The notes under the pieces: model-generated | Told to the model about the DNA's origin: nothing | The model's database searches: none | What the model saw: only the letters and a program-made list of their open reading frames with translations | In this document: in pieces, positions 1 to 10,408 of the stretch | Layout: each line of letters begins with the position of its first letter | How positions within the stretch are numbered: the stretch's first letter is position 1 | Assembly (NCBI GenBank): GCA_963662405.2 | Contig: CAXXKT010000001.1 | Location: 288,001-352,000, forward strand | DNA: 64,000 bases | DNA from: Syntrophales bacterium | GTDB taxonomy: Bacteria > Desulfobacterota > Syntrophia > Syntrophales > UBA2210 | Reading direction: 5' to 3' | Made by a program: the position numbers and the translations under genes

Positions 1-2911
1 ACATGGTCTTATCGTTTTTCACAAACCGTCCCTCAAAATTCCATGGAGAAATCGAGTCACCCGCTTCCTGAACGGAACCAAGGAACCGTTTCCTGTCATC
101 CTCGTGGATGCAGGACACAAAATATTGAAACAGGTTTTCTCTATCCCTGTCTATCCCGAAGATTTCGGTTATCCGTTGGCTAATGTAATTGATACCGTAT
201 TCACCGTCCTTCTTGAAATAAAACTGAAAGATCGTTCCCGGTATGTTCGCGGTAATGGCACGAAGCTGCGCTTCTTTTTCCTTCAGCACCTTCTTTGTTC
301 TTTGCTGCTCGGTCACGTCCTGAAGAATGAATAAGATGTTGTCTTCTCCCGCGATGCGGATGGAGCGGGCGGAATAGATACCCTTGAGCACGGAACCGTC
401 TTTCCTCCTGAATCGCATTTGCTGATGCAAGACATCTCTTCCTTCCCTGAGTTTATCCACCATGTACTCACGCTCGCCCGGATTGTCCCAGAAGTTGATG
501 TCATAAGCAGTCTTCCCGATAACCTCCGCTCGTTTCCATCCCGTGACCTCTTCAAAACCCACGTTGATATCGGTTATCATACCATCGTCCATGCGCGTAA
601 CGGCGATGACATTGGGAGCCATCATGAAGACGGTGGCGAATTTATCTTCGAGCATTTTCCGTTCGGTAATATCCCGTGCAACATGAACAACCCGACCTTT
701 CGACAAGGGTGAAATACTGGATGCAAACCAGACCTGCCGCGGGCCGATTGTGAGTTCGTAATCCAGGAAAACCGTCTTCCGCTGTGACAGGGCGTCGCGA
801 ATCGCGCCAAGGAACATATCGGCCCTCTCGGGCGGAAAAACTTCATGCAATGTTTTTCCTATCAGTTTGTCCGGAGGCCGATACAGGAAATCCGTTTTGG
901 TGGGCGCGATCTCAAGATAGCGGCCTTCCGCATCAAGAATCATGATCACATCATTCATGGCCGCAAAGATTGAACGGAACTTGCTTTCCGATTCTCTCAA
1001 TTCGCGCTCGGCCCGTTTTCGATCAGTGATGTCTTTCGCGAATTCAAGGCGGACATCCCGACCATCCGGCCATCGAATAATCCTATCAACGATTTCGGCA
1101 TCAATACCCAACGGCACATTGTGAAATTCCCAACTGTGGGGCAGCCCACCATTGTTGAGAATTATTTTGTTGGTACAAAAATCGCACGGCCGATCACGGA
1201 GTTGGAGTTCTTTGTAACAGATTCCCCCCGTCGGGTCTTTCCCGATCAGATCCTTCAAGTAACGGTTGGTAAAGAGGAGCTCGTGGGTGGAGGGATCGGA
1301 GACATATATAATCTCGTTGAGGCTGTTGAAAATCGACAGGAGCTGTTGGCGCTCGAATTCTATCGCTTGCTCGGTCTCCATGCGATCGGTGATATCGAAG
1401 AAACTGACGATGATGCCCTCTCCCAGGAGTTTGGTCCCCACAATCATCGTTCGCGTGCTTCCATCCATGCAGAGCAGCGGACATTCTATTGGTTCTATGT
1501 CGGCATCCGTTGCTATGGCGTTCTCCAGATCTTCCCGCCATTTTGACGTGATTTCATTTTTCATTTCAGCATCAGGCAAGGCAAGGTCCCATGCCTGTTC
1601 GAGGGTCGGTACGTCATCAATCGTATGTCCCATTACTTCGGTCAAGCGATTATTCACATCGAGAATCCGTCCGTCCCGGGATATGTGGGCCAGGGGAAAG
1701 GGCGACAGGGTGAAAAGCATGCGAAAGCGCGCTTCGCTCTCCTTCGCCGCTTCGTCCGCCTGTCTGCGTTCCGTAATATCGCGGCCAATCCCCCGGAAAC
1801 CGATGGGACGATCATCAGAATCTCTTAACACAAAGGCGTTAAATTCAAGCGTCCTCCTGGTGCCGTCCTTCCTGATAATATCATGCACGAAATTCCTGAT
1901 GGGAATCCCTGTCCTGTACATACGATGGTAGGCATCGTAGACCCTTTTCGCGTCCTCCTGATCGGCGAGATAGCGGCTGAAATTCGTACCCAGAATTTCG
2001 TCTTTGCTGTAACCGTGCAGTCTCAGAAACGCATCATTACAAAACGTGTAATTCCCCGCGAGGTCTACTTCCTGATATCCCTCTTCCATTTCATCAAGAA
2101 TGGTGCGGTACTTCTCTTCACTCTCCCGGAGGGCTGTCTCCATCCGCTTTCGCTCGGTGATGTCGCGATCAAAGGTACACGCCAGGAAATGATCGTTAAA
2201 CCCGAAACGGTTGGTGCTGACCTCGACCGGGAAAATATCTCCGTCTTTCGTCCGGTGGCGCGATTCGAACGTCATGGCCCCCTCGCGCTCCATATCTTTT
2301 TTGTGCTGTTCCCAGTTGTCGATGAGAAAATCAGGATCGATATCAAACACCTTCATCTGCAACAACTCATCACGGGTATATCCCAGCGACGCGCAGGAGG
2401 AATCGTTCGCATACATGATATACCCCTCGTCATCGATCCAGAGGACGCTGTCAGGTGCCCGATCCATGGCGAACTGCGTCCTCAGCAGCGATTTTTTTTC
2501 CTCCGTGCGTTTGGTTATATCTGAAAGGAACCCTTCATAATGGATAATGCTCTTCTTTTCATCCCGCACCGCCCGGACATTGTAGGAACCCCAGAAAGTG
2601 GATTGATCCCTGCGGACAAAACGACATTCAAAATCCAGTTCTTCCTCATTCTCCTCCAGTAACCTGCGGATCGTGTCCCTGTCTCGCGGGTCGGCATAGA
2701 GCTGTTTCCCGATATCAACGACCGAGTCCATCATTTCCCGGGGCGAATTATAACCGAAGACTCGTGCCAAGTACTCATTAACATAAATGAACGTGCCATC
2801 GGGAGTCGTCGAGAATATCCCTATGGGGGCATTCATCAACATACTCCGACAATCACGAAGTGAACGCTGCTCGGGCTGTTGCTGTTTTTCAGGAGATTTT
2901 CGTTTGGGCAT
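1..2911 (-). CDS. Multi-PAS-domain sensor protein (probably N-terminus of a histidine kinase); 3' end runs off the window
   Basis: GGAGG SD then ATG at 2911. Reads MPKRKSPEKQ..., with repeated PAS/PAC junctions (DITKR, DITERKR, DITERRQ, DITDR, DVTE). About 970 codons; absent from the ORF track, consistent with no stop inside the window. Confidence 0.9.
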   Translation of the reverse strand, partial: MPKRKSPEKQQQPEQRSLRDCRSMLMNAPIGIFSTTPDGTFIYVNEYLARVFGYNSPREMMDSVVDIGKQLYADPRDRDTIRRLLEENEEELDFECRFVRRDQSTFWGSYNVRAVRDEKKSIIHYEGFLSDITKRTEEKKSLLRTQFAMDRAPDSVLWIDDEGYIMYANDSSCASLGYTRDELLQMKVFDIDPDFLIDNWEQHKKDMEREGAMTFESRHRTKDGDIFPVEVSTNRFGFNDHFLACTFDRDITERKRMETALRESEEKYRTILDEMEEGYQEVDLAGNYTFCNDAFLRLHGYSKDEILGTNFSRYLADQEDAKRVYDAYHRMYRTGIPIRNFVHDIIRKDGTRRTLEFNAFVLRDSDDRPIGFRGIGRDITERRQADEAAKESEARFRMLFTLSPFPLAHISRDGRILDVNNRLTEVMGHTIDDVPTLEQAWDLALPDAEMKNEITSKWREDLENAIATDADIEPIECPLLCMDGSTRTMIVGTKLLGEGIIVSFFDITDRMETEQAIEFERQQLLSIFNSLNEIIYVSDPSTHELLFTNRYLKDLIGKDPTGGICYKELQLRDRPCDFCTNKIILNNGGLPHSWEFHNVPLGIDAEIVDRIIRWPDGRDVRLEFAKDITDRKRAERELRESESKFRSIFAAMNDVIMILDAEGRYLEIAPTKTDFLYRPPDKLIGKTLHEVFPPERADMFLGAIRDALSQRKTVFLDYELTIGPRQVWFASSISPLSKGRVVHVARDITERKMLEDKFATVFMMAPNVIAVTRMDDGMITDINVGFEEVTGWKRAEVIGKTAYDINFWDNPGEREYMVDKLREGRDVLHQQMRFRRKDGSVLKGIYSARSIRIAGEDNILFILQDVTEQQRTKKVLKEKEAQLRAITANIPGTIFQFYFKKDGEYGINYISQRITEIFGIDRDRENLFQYFVSCIHEDDRKRFLGSVQEAGDSISPWNFEGRFVKNDKTM

Positions 2912-3312
2912 GGTCGCCTCCTTGATGTGCGCGGGGGACGGTCCCCACACGTGCGGAAGGTTCAGGTTCGATATGTGTCTGGTATGCTGTACGCCTCGAT
3001 ACTGCAGGCATTTTCAATGTACCAAGCCGGAAGGTTATCACAGATTCATCCGTACTGCCTTCACGTTGACAGCACGGGCAGGTGCCGAGATCTTCTGTTA
3101 CGAGACTATCGACTGAAGCCGCGCAGATACGTCACCCTACCCTCAGCTCAAACCGTACGCCGGACAAAGCATTTCGTATCGCAGGAACCGATTTTCATGT
3201 CAGAGAACCGTATATGTGTACGTTCCCGAGTTTGAAATTCAGCTGGTGATCAACAGGTATAATAACATTACTCTCAGGTCTCTTCCAAGGCAACAAAAAA
3301 AGCCGTGCCGAA

Positions 3313-4577
3313 TTGCACCATATTAAACGTTACCGACAGTGGTGCAAAAAAAGGATCGTTGACTCATAATATGATGTTACCGAACATCGACTTCTGAAAA
3401 GAGGGTTGATCATGAATCCGCGATCCAAGCAAGAGAACCGGGAGGCAGTGTATCTCAGCCCCTCGCCGTGAAAAAACAGCCATTCTGAATGAGTTCTGTG
3501 CCACCCGTCACTGTCATCGCAAACATGCTATACGAGTCCTTAAAAGATTCAAACGGTTCACAAAACCCAAACCGAAGAAACGAGGACCAAAACCGCGGTA
3601 TCAAAACGATCAGATTATTACTCCCCTCAAACAAATCTGGCTCGCCGCAAATCTCCCCTGCTCTAAACGATTGAAAGCCATCCTCCCCCTCTGGATGCCC
3701 GGATATAATATACAGTTCGGGACTCTTTCCCCTGAGGTCTCTCAAGCTCTCCTGACCACATCTCCGGCAACCATAGACCGGATCCTCGCACCGACTCGTA
3801 TCCACTACAACAAGCGGGGTCGGGCAACAACAAAACCGGGAAGCCTCCTGAAAAAACAGATACCCATCCAAACCAACCAGTGGGATGAATCCAGACCGGG
3901 ATTCCTCGAAGCCGATACCGTCGCCCATTGCGGTGAATCCATCGCGGGTATGTTCGTCTATACCATCGACACCGTTGATATCGCCACCGGATGGACCGAA
4001 CAGCGTGCCGTTTGGGGAAAGGGGGAAGGAGGTGTCCTGAAACAAATCAAAGATATCGAACAAGACCTCCCGTTCCCTCTCCGGGGCTTCGATTCCGATA
4101 ACGGCTCGGAGTTCCTCAATTACCACCTCAGCAGAGCCTACCACAAAGATGACAACGCCCATATAGAACAGAAAATTGGACCCATGTCCGACAATGGCTC
4201 GGATATGAACGATTTGATCAACCCCGCATCGTCCCCACCCTCAATGACCTCTATCGAAACGAATGGAGACTCTTTCACAACTTCTTCTGCCCTTCCGTCA
4301 AACTCATCGTCAAAGAGCGAATCGGCTCGAAAACCATTAAACGACACGATTCACCCCAAACCCCGTATCAGAGAATCTTGGCCTCTCCTGATATTGCTGA
4401 TCAGACAAAAGAGTCCTTGTCCAAACAGCTTGAAAATCTCAACCCGTTCCTGCTCAGAAAGAACATGGAAAAGAAACTAAAACAGATCTTTTCTTACATC
4501 AAACCAGTGTAACATCTTTTATGAGGCAACGTTACCTGTCACCGCTCTCCTTTCGGTAACATTTTAATGTGAGGCAA
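3313..4577 (+). mobile_element. Degenerate IS with integrase-core (DDE) transposase and repeated imperfect terminal inverted motifs
   Basis: ttgactcataatatgatgttaccgaa (3359-3384) and a similar motif at 3313-3336 are inverted relative to ttcggtaacattttaatgtgaggcaa (4552-4577) and a motif at 4509-4529. These flank a broken transposase. Confidence 0.65.
3412..4512 (+). pseudogene. Integrase-core transposase pseudogene
   Basis: Motifs PGFLEADTVAHCG, DIATGWTE, FDSDNGSEF, KDDNAHIEQK. Frameshift near 3460, and another near 4175 where WTHVRQWLGYERFD continues in a different frame. Confidence 0.8.
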
Positions 4578-5127
4578 TGGGGTGCCCTGTTGGCGGGGAC
4601 CGAGTGGTCTGAGACGATTACCCGTCTCTTCTCAATATCTTATAATGACACATCACAGAAAGAATCAAGCGAACGCGGTTATTATATGCCATTTTCGTAG
4701 AGGAGTGAATCAACCGTCCCACAGGGCGGGATATTCAAGTGTTGTCTTTCATAAAGACCCTGTGTCTTCGTAAATACGGCGCGTTGCCCTATTTGACAGG
4801 ATAAGCTCTGGGAGACGTGGGGGTAGGTTATGACAAAAAAGCGCAATTCTCCATCGACACTGGTACGAAACGATACATCCCTTTGTTTTTGAGACTCTGG
4901 CAACGGGAGAAACCCTTGCGCTGGTTGCTCGAACATTCGACCAGGTAAATCTCTTGATGGTCCAAGCAATCTAAATACTTGATATCACATATATTGTCCG
5001 GAAGAATGGTCGGCCTAAAATCCGCAACATTCCACCAGAATGGCACATCACACGACACACAATGAGAAAAACGGCTCACCCGGAAGGTTAAAATTGGCGC
5101 TCAATGATTGATTATACCGAATAATGC

Positions 5128-5144
5128 GGCGGCGGGAGTCGAAC
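5128..5144. repeat. att core (displaced tmRNA 3' fragment)
   Basis: Identical to 41443-41459 in the tmRNA T-arm region. Confidence 0.85.
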
Positions 5145-5196
5145 AGCCAATAAAATATGCTATATTTATTGTGTTTTCAGAATTTCAAAAATTGAC

Positions 5197-5218
5197 ATAC
5201 CCCCAAATATACCCCCAA
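5197..5218. promoter_or_regulatory. Putative integrase arm-binding repeats (ATACCCCCAA x2)
   Basis: Same motif occurs at 41273-41282 (inverted), 41294-41302 (inverted) and 41316-41325 next to the integrase. Confidence 0.7.
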
Positions 5219-5295
5219 TTTACAGTGCTCCACCCTTTTAGCTCTCTAAAAAATACATTTACCCACCCTCTAAATTCATCTTGTTCCACGCGAAT

Positions 5296-5365
5296 GGCTT
5301 CTTCCTGAAGTCGGTAAGATTAAGGTTGAGGCAATTGCAGAAGATTGCTTTCAGTAATCATTAAC
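5296..5365 (-). repeat. Conserved element E, copy A
   Basis: Minus strand gttaatgattactgaaagcaatcttctgcaattgcctcaa...acttcaggaagaa; homologous to 16997-17119 and to 22943-22965 plus 24240-24353. Confidence 0.85.
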
Positions 5366-5416
5366 GGCGCACATAAGCGTCAGCGATAGCGGTCCAAATT
5401 GATGTGTTTGTTAAAA
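5359..5416 (-). repeat. attC-type recombination site (58 bp)
   Basis: Minus strand TTTTAAC...cacat(c)aa...ttatgtg...GTTAATG: R''/R' cores and L boxes with an extrahelical base, directly after a stop codon. Confidence 0.75.
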
Positions 5417-5424
5417 ACGAGGCA

Positions 5425-6097
5425 TTATTTTTTTTTAAGCTTTACGTCATTACTATCAAAGCTATATTCAAATCCTTGCTTTTTAAGTACACCCCGTAGT
5501 GTATTCCGAAAGGAAGAATAATAATCACAGAATGCTGTGTATCCAAAGTAGAGCATCAAGAAAAAAAATAGCAAATTAGCAAAAAAAATACTCCAAAACA
5601 TAAATTTAGATAAAACAAAATAATAATCTAGAAACTTTGGCAATATAGGTGCGGTAAATAAAAAAAACTATTGCTATATTTGCGTCGAATTCAGAATAAC
5701 TATAAAAATGTTTTAAATTGTACTTATAATAGTCAAGTCCCATATATGGCAGAAAATAACTTTCTGTGCAATCATTGCCGTCCAAATCTTTAAATTGTTT
5801 AAATTTCCCTTTTGCATTGGCTATGGGTTCGTATACTTTTTCTTCAATAAGCAGATGGTGAATTTCATCGATAATAAGACCGAACACGAAGCCCATGAAA
5901 ACAAATATTATTAACAAAACAGAAAGCAATTTTAGATCGAAATTTTTAACAATATAAAATGCTATTTTCTTTTGTGTTGAAATGTCGATTAACATAAAAG
6001 CACAAGCGGTAAGGAGCATACCTGGAATATTGTGCGCTAGAACTGTTTCAAAACTTGTAGATATTCCATATTTATTAAATTCTGAATCAGGGCTCAT
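5425..6097 (-). pseudogene. Multi-TM membrane protein, frameshifted in an A8 tract (5660-5667)
   Basis: ORFs 5606-6169 and 5425-5643 overlap in different frames; the hydrophobic reading continues across the homopolymer. Confidence 0.55.
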
Positions 6098-6165
6098 AGA
6101 TTCTACCTCATAAAGATTAATTCTACATGGAACAGAAACCACATATAATCCCATATGGTGTGGGT

Positions 6166-6639
6166 TCACTTAGGAAGCTTGCTATTAACAACTTTTGTTC
6201 CTGTATACCTCAATTCTTCCATCTCAGATTCTGCAACATCTTTATCAACCAACTCTGGATAAACCCGCCAAACGAGGACTCCTAAGACAACCGCCATTCG
6301 AACATAGCGAGTTTGGCCTTGTTCAAGTGTAAAAGTTAATCTTTTGTCAACTTCTGTAGAAAGGAGAACTTCGAAGTTGCCAGGCGAACGATCAACATAG
6401 AAAAATCCCCAAGATTTTGCTTCTCCGACTTTTTCGTTATTAAGCAAGACATTTGGAATAATTGCTGCCCCCAGAGATGAAGGTCGGTAAAAAAAGATCC
6501 TTCCTTTTTCATATTCAATCACCGGTATGGAAGGTTTTATTGATGAATATTGCGGTCCAGTAGTAGCACAGCCAGACAAAATAGAAACAAATAAAAATAA
6601 TATTGAAATTAAAATAAAATTACTTTTATAATTGAACAT
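6166..6639 (-). CDS. DUF2846-like lipoprotein
   Basis: Lipobox LSGC; GRIFFYRP...V-LN...GFFYVDRSPG pattern. Confidence 0.75.
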   Translation of the reverse strand: MFNYKSNFILISILFLFVSILSGCATTGPQYSSIKPSIPVIEYEKGRIFFYRPSSLGAAIIPNVLLNNEKVGEAKSWGFFYVDRSPGNFEVLLSTEVDKRLTFTLEQGQTRYVRMAVVLGVLVWRVYPELVDKDVAESEMEELRYTGTKVVNSKLPK

Positions 6640-6653
6640 TTACCATCTCCTTT

Positions 6654-7040
6654 CTATTTTATTGGTAGTGGATGTTTGTTCAACAACGGTGAAAAACAAT
6701 TTTCAACTGGCAAATAGAACCCAACTAATTCCCCTTTGGAGATGACAATATAAGCTTCATGTATATGGGCACCTTCGACAGTAAGTACCTGATTAATGGG
6801 TTTGTAGACATTTCCTTTATCTATTGCCCCAACAAAATCCCACCTCGATTCACGTTGAAGAAGTGTTTCGTAGCCAGTGTGTAGCTGAATAATCACGTCC
6901 TCTGTTAGGTATAAAGAGCCTTGAGATTTCTGTGAGGACATTGGTAAAAATTTAGTCGGAAACCTTCTTACTTCAGCCGCGCAACCAATTAAAATGAGAA
7001 TAAAGCATAGGAAAAATACAAAAATTAGTTTTTTGAGCAT
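6654..7040 (-). CDS. Hypothetical lipoprotein
   Basis: GGAGG SD, then MLKK, a hydrophobic stretch and LIGC. Confidence 0.75.
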   Translation of the reverse strand: MLKKLIFVFFLCFILILIGCAAEVRRFPTKFLPMSSQKSQGSLYLTEDVIIQLHTGYETLLQRESRWDFVGAIDKGNVYKPINQVLTVEGAHIHEAYIVISKGELVGFYLPVENCFSPLLNKHPLPIK

Positions 7041-7193
7041 TTCTAAACCTCCAATAGTAGATGACATAGACTCGGAACACCGGAGCATTTTAATAGATGA
7101 AGAAATGCGATTAAATATCCCACAACTTGCCGCGCAAGTACCGTCAGGATTCTAGTCTCTGTGGATGCGGTTTTTCGATGCTCTTTGCTCATT

Positions 7194-7928
7194 TTATATG
7201 ATGTCGGATATGATACTTAGAAGACGGCTTTTTACGCCTTGAACAATTTCGGCTTGTTGAACATTACGCCCTCCCGCGAAGACAGCGACTCGTGTTGTCA
7301 TTATTTTCTCAAAAGCTGTGACTCCGCTCTGTTCCTCTTCTTGTAATTTTGGGCTTGAACTAAAAGTAACTGTTTTTTTGTGCTTCTTAACATCGTCAAT
7401 AACACCAATTGTCACTCTGGCAATTATTATAAATGTATCATCGGTTACATAGCTTCCTATAATGGTCCCTATCGTTGCCCCTGTCAAAACCCCTATAGCC
7501 TCACCCGCTTTCGCCTCTGAGCGGTATCCTGCAATTCCACCTGCGGCACCTCCTAAGAAAGCATATTGTTCCGACATGTTGCTCTGGATATGACCACTAT
7601 ATTCTATGATTACGTCATACTTTATGCCGAAATTTCCTTGGTTATTAATCGAATATCCTTTTTCAAGAAATGCCTTTTCTAGTGATTTTATAAAACCACG
7701 AATGTTATAATTTAGGTCTCCAGATGCGTTCCTCGCTGAAATTTTAATCGTATTGTTTTCAAATTGGCTTGAATCAATAAAAAAACTCCTTTCAAGAACA
7801 GCACCATACTGCAAACCAGTTTCAGGATCGGAAATCATTCCGAACCTATTGGGCACAGCACATCCTAATAGCAACATAAGCAAAAGGAGGCTTGTAAGTA
7901 AAACCAATCTGTTTTGGAGTTTCATCAA
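7194..7928 (-). CDS. TraT-like (complement resistance/surface exclusion) lipoprotein
   Basis: Lipobox LLGC; SFFID...RNASGD; glycine zipper GGAAGGIAG/GVLTGATIG. Confidence 0.65.
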   Translation of the reverse strand: MMKLQNRLVLLTSLLLLMLLLGCAVPNRFGMISDPETGLQYGAVLERSFFIDSSQFENNTIKISARNASGDLNYNIRGFIKSLEKAFLEKGYSINNQGNFGIKYDVIIEYSGHIQSNMSEQYAFLGGAAGGIAGYRSEAKAGEAIGVLTGATIGTIIGSYVTDDTFIIIARVTIGVIDDVKKHKKTVTFSSSPKLQEEEQSGVTAFEKIMTTRVAVFAGGRNVQQAEIVQGVKSRLLSIISDII

Positions 7929-10273
7929 TAATCCTCCTTTAAGAAATTTTGCACCTCGGAAAAATGGATCGCAAAGCCAAGTCCTTCAACAGCATTAGCA
8001 ACAATTTTTTGATTATTTACACCTATAACTTTCCCTTCCAAAAACAGAGGCCCTCCCGAATTTCCAGGGTTAATTGCAGCATCAGTCTGAATAAAAAGAA
8101 TTTCTTTTCCACCAACATCATAAACGCTTTTGCGTTTCCGTATGGCGCTTACAATCCCACGAGTTATTGAAAATTCAAGACCACTGGGATGACCTATGGC
8201 CTCAACTTCTGTACCCAGTTCAATTATATTAGATTTATAAAAATTTACTGCTTCACCTCGGGCTTCAACTTTGATAAGAGCCAAGTCTAACCTAACATCA
8301 CTTTTAATTACCTTCCCAAATGTTTCTAAGCCATTATGGAGTCTCATTTCGAGAAATTTTGACCCCTCGATGACATGATAGTTTGTAAGTATCAAATTTG
8401 GTCCAACAAAAAATCCTGATCCTATTTTACCCTCAGGGTTATATATTACGACAACATTATTAAACCTTGGATCATTGAGGGATTTTGTTGAATGTTTTTT
8501 CTCTTTGTAGTTTGCAAGTGCTACATTTTTGTCTTTGAGCATTGCGGTCATTAATTTCTCTTCACTTAAAAGTCTTTTCGTCTTATCAATATTGGTTAAG
8601 TAATCTTGCATTAGACTGGACAGGTCGACAGACACTGCTTCATTTTCAAATGACTCAATGTCCTGCTCACTGTTGTAAGTGGACATATGCCCGGATAAAT
8701 TTGTGTCCTCATCTTTTAAGGAATAGGCAACTTTGAAAACTTTCTCTTCACTCACGTCAAATACTGACTTGAAGTATTTTTTGTTGGGCCTGTCGAGGAT
8801 ATAATAATTGACAGTCATCGATTTTGTCACTTCTACATCTGAAACACTAAACTTATAATCCTTATGGATTGCTTCTTGTATATATTCCGGAGTATTTATA
8901 AATGCTTGGTTTGCAGTATTCAATTTATCTCTCCATCCTACGATTGCTATAGCCTTAACGACTTCACATGCAGCGGCTGCTAAAGTACCACCGCCACAGA
9001 ATGTACCCTGGGCAGACAAAAGTCCTCTTTCAGCTTCTCGTACCGCAATAGCAGCTTGCCTAGAATTGGGATTACTAACGTCTCTGTAGCCAGCCAAATA
9101 TCTTGATTTTATTTGATCTCTTTTTTTGATGCGCCTTTTAATGCTGGCTTGGGCAACATTAAAGACAATTACGAAGTTTGAATCAGCAGTCTCTGAAAAT
9201 GCCTTTTTAAGAAGACATGTCCTATGTGGAAAAGGAATATCAACATTGACCTTAGCTGGAAATTCAACATACCCTTCATCTAAAAGAGTTTTACTTGTAG
9301 ATTCCACAAACGAGACATGTTGATTCTTGATTTCTTTGATGGAAAACCCTTTATCATTTGCGGTTTTAATTGCATCTAAAAGTAAAGCAAGCTCTACTCG
9401 ATTATTATCCCCTTTTTTATCTTCGACAAAACGTTCGACATATAAACTCCCGATTAAGTAATCTGAATCCGAGCTTGTGTAATCTTTATAGGTATTGTTG
9501 AATTTTTCGATATCATCACAACAAGCACACTGCAACTTTTCCAGAATGAAGTTGAAATTTTCTGAAATAATTTCATTTTCATTCAAAATATCAAATGGAT
9601 AACTATTAAAAAAGTTTTTTTCATTAAATAAGTCATATTCCTTAAAGGCAAGAGAAGCATAAGATTTGAGTTTGTCTTTTAAAATTTGCGCATGCTGCTC
9701 AAGCCCTTCAACAGCAGCATACCTATACTGGTCTTTGCTGAGCAGACAAAATGAATTGTATTCATCGATTATTGTTTGTGAGAGGGAGATCTCGTTGGAT
9801 ATTATGTTCCATTGCTGCGGGGGTGCTGGCCAGACAGTATGTGATTCTATCCTCAAATTTGCATCGTTTATTTTTTTACAGAAACAACCATTAAGATGAT
9901 TGGCAATCATTTGAAAATAAACCGTATATTTTTCTTTTCTATTCTCCCAAGGCAAAACCCCTTCTTTATTAAAATATGACTCATGGTATTTATCATATAA
10001 TCTGGCAGCCTTTCGAAAATACCCATTTTTTACTAATTCTTCAAAATGGTCTCCTTGATCGTTAAAAATAGTGTATTCTCTTTCTTCAAATACATCACTA
10101 TCATCCTCTTTTGGAGCTATAGGCGTTTCTTGAACACTATTGTCCTTTATGCCCACAGCAGACATAAGTGTTTTTTGAATACTGCCCTCCTTAAGCCCAA
10201 TAGTTGAACAACTTGAAATACATAGTAAAAAAAAGATCAATAGAATTAGGCGTATTTTCTTGTGGGGAGTCAT
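7925..10273 (-). CDS. Lipoprotein with C-terminal trypsin-like (S1C/HtrA-type) serine protease domain
   Basis: Lipobox ISSC; GSGFF, TNYHV, DLALIK and GNSGGP catalytic-triad motifs. Confidence 0.85.
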   Translation of the reverse strand: MTPHKKIRLILLIFFLLCISSCSTIGLKEGSIQKTLMSAVGIKDNSVQETPIAPKEDDSDVFEEREYTIFNDQGDHFEELVKNGYFRKAARLYDKYHESYFNKEGVLPWENRKEKYTVYFQMIANHLNGCFCKKINDANLRIESHTVWPAPPQQWNIISNEISLSQTIIDEYNSFCLLSKDQYRYAAVEGLEQHAQILKDKLKSYASLAFKEYDLFNEKNFFNSYPFDILNENEIISENFNFILEKLQCACCDDIEKFNNTYKDYTSSDSDYLIGSLYVERFVEDKKGDNNRVELALLLDAIKTANDKGFSIKEIKNQHVSFVESTSKTLLDEGYVEFPAKVNVDIPFPHRTCLLKKAFSETADSNFVIVFNVAQASIKRRIKKRDQIKSRYLAGYRDVSNPNSRQAAIAVREAERGLLSAQGTFCGGGTLAAAACEVVKAIAIVGWRDKLNTANQAFINTPEYIQEAIHKDYKFSVSDVEVTKSMTVNYYILDRPNKKYFKSVFDVSEEKVFKVAYSLKDEDTNLSGHMSTYNSEQDIESFENEAVSVDLSSLMQDYLTNIDKTKRLLSEEKLMTAMLKDKNVALANYKEKKHSTKSLNDPRFNNVVVIYNPEGKIGSGFFVGPNLILTNYHVIEGSKFLEMRLHNGLETFGKVIKSDVRLDLALIKVEARGEAVNFYKSNIIELGTEVEAIGHPSGLEFSITRGIVSAIRKRKSVYDVGGKEILFIQTDAAINPGNSGGPLFLEGKVIGVNNQKIVANAVEGLGFAIHFSEVQNFLKEDY

Positions 10274-10408
10274 CAGTTCCTCCTAAAATGTTAGACAAGT
10301 ATTAATATCGAATAAATTGGTGAGGAAAAGCATCATTGCTCGTTTAGCCTGCTCACAAAAAAGCCTTATCTCTCGTTCGATGAGATACAGTAAAAATACT
10401 TGATGTCC

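Noticed and set aside
104..3235. Numerous short ORFs in the track
   Set aside because: They are shadows of the long minus-strand PAS gene or lack protein-like features.
4682..5079. Short overlapping minus-strand ORFs left of the att site
   Set aside because: No SD or recognisable motif; cannot be supported as genes.
5944..5950. Alternative TTTTAAC as the cassette A 5' core
   Set aside because: It lies inside a coding region and matches less well than the 9-bp site at 11192-11200.
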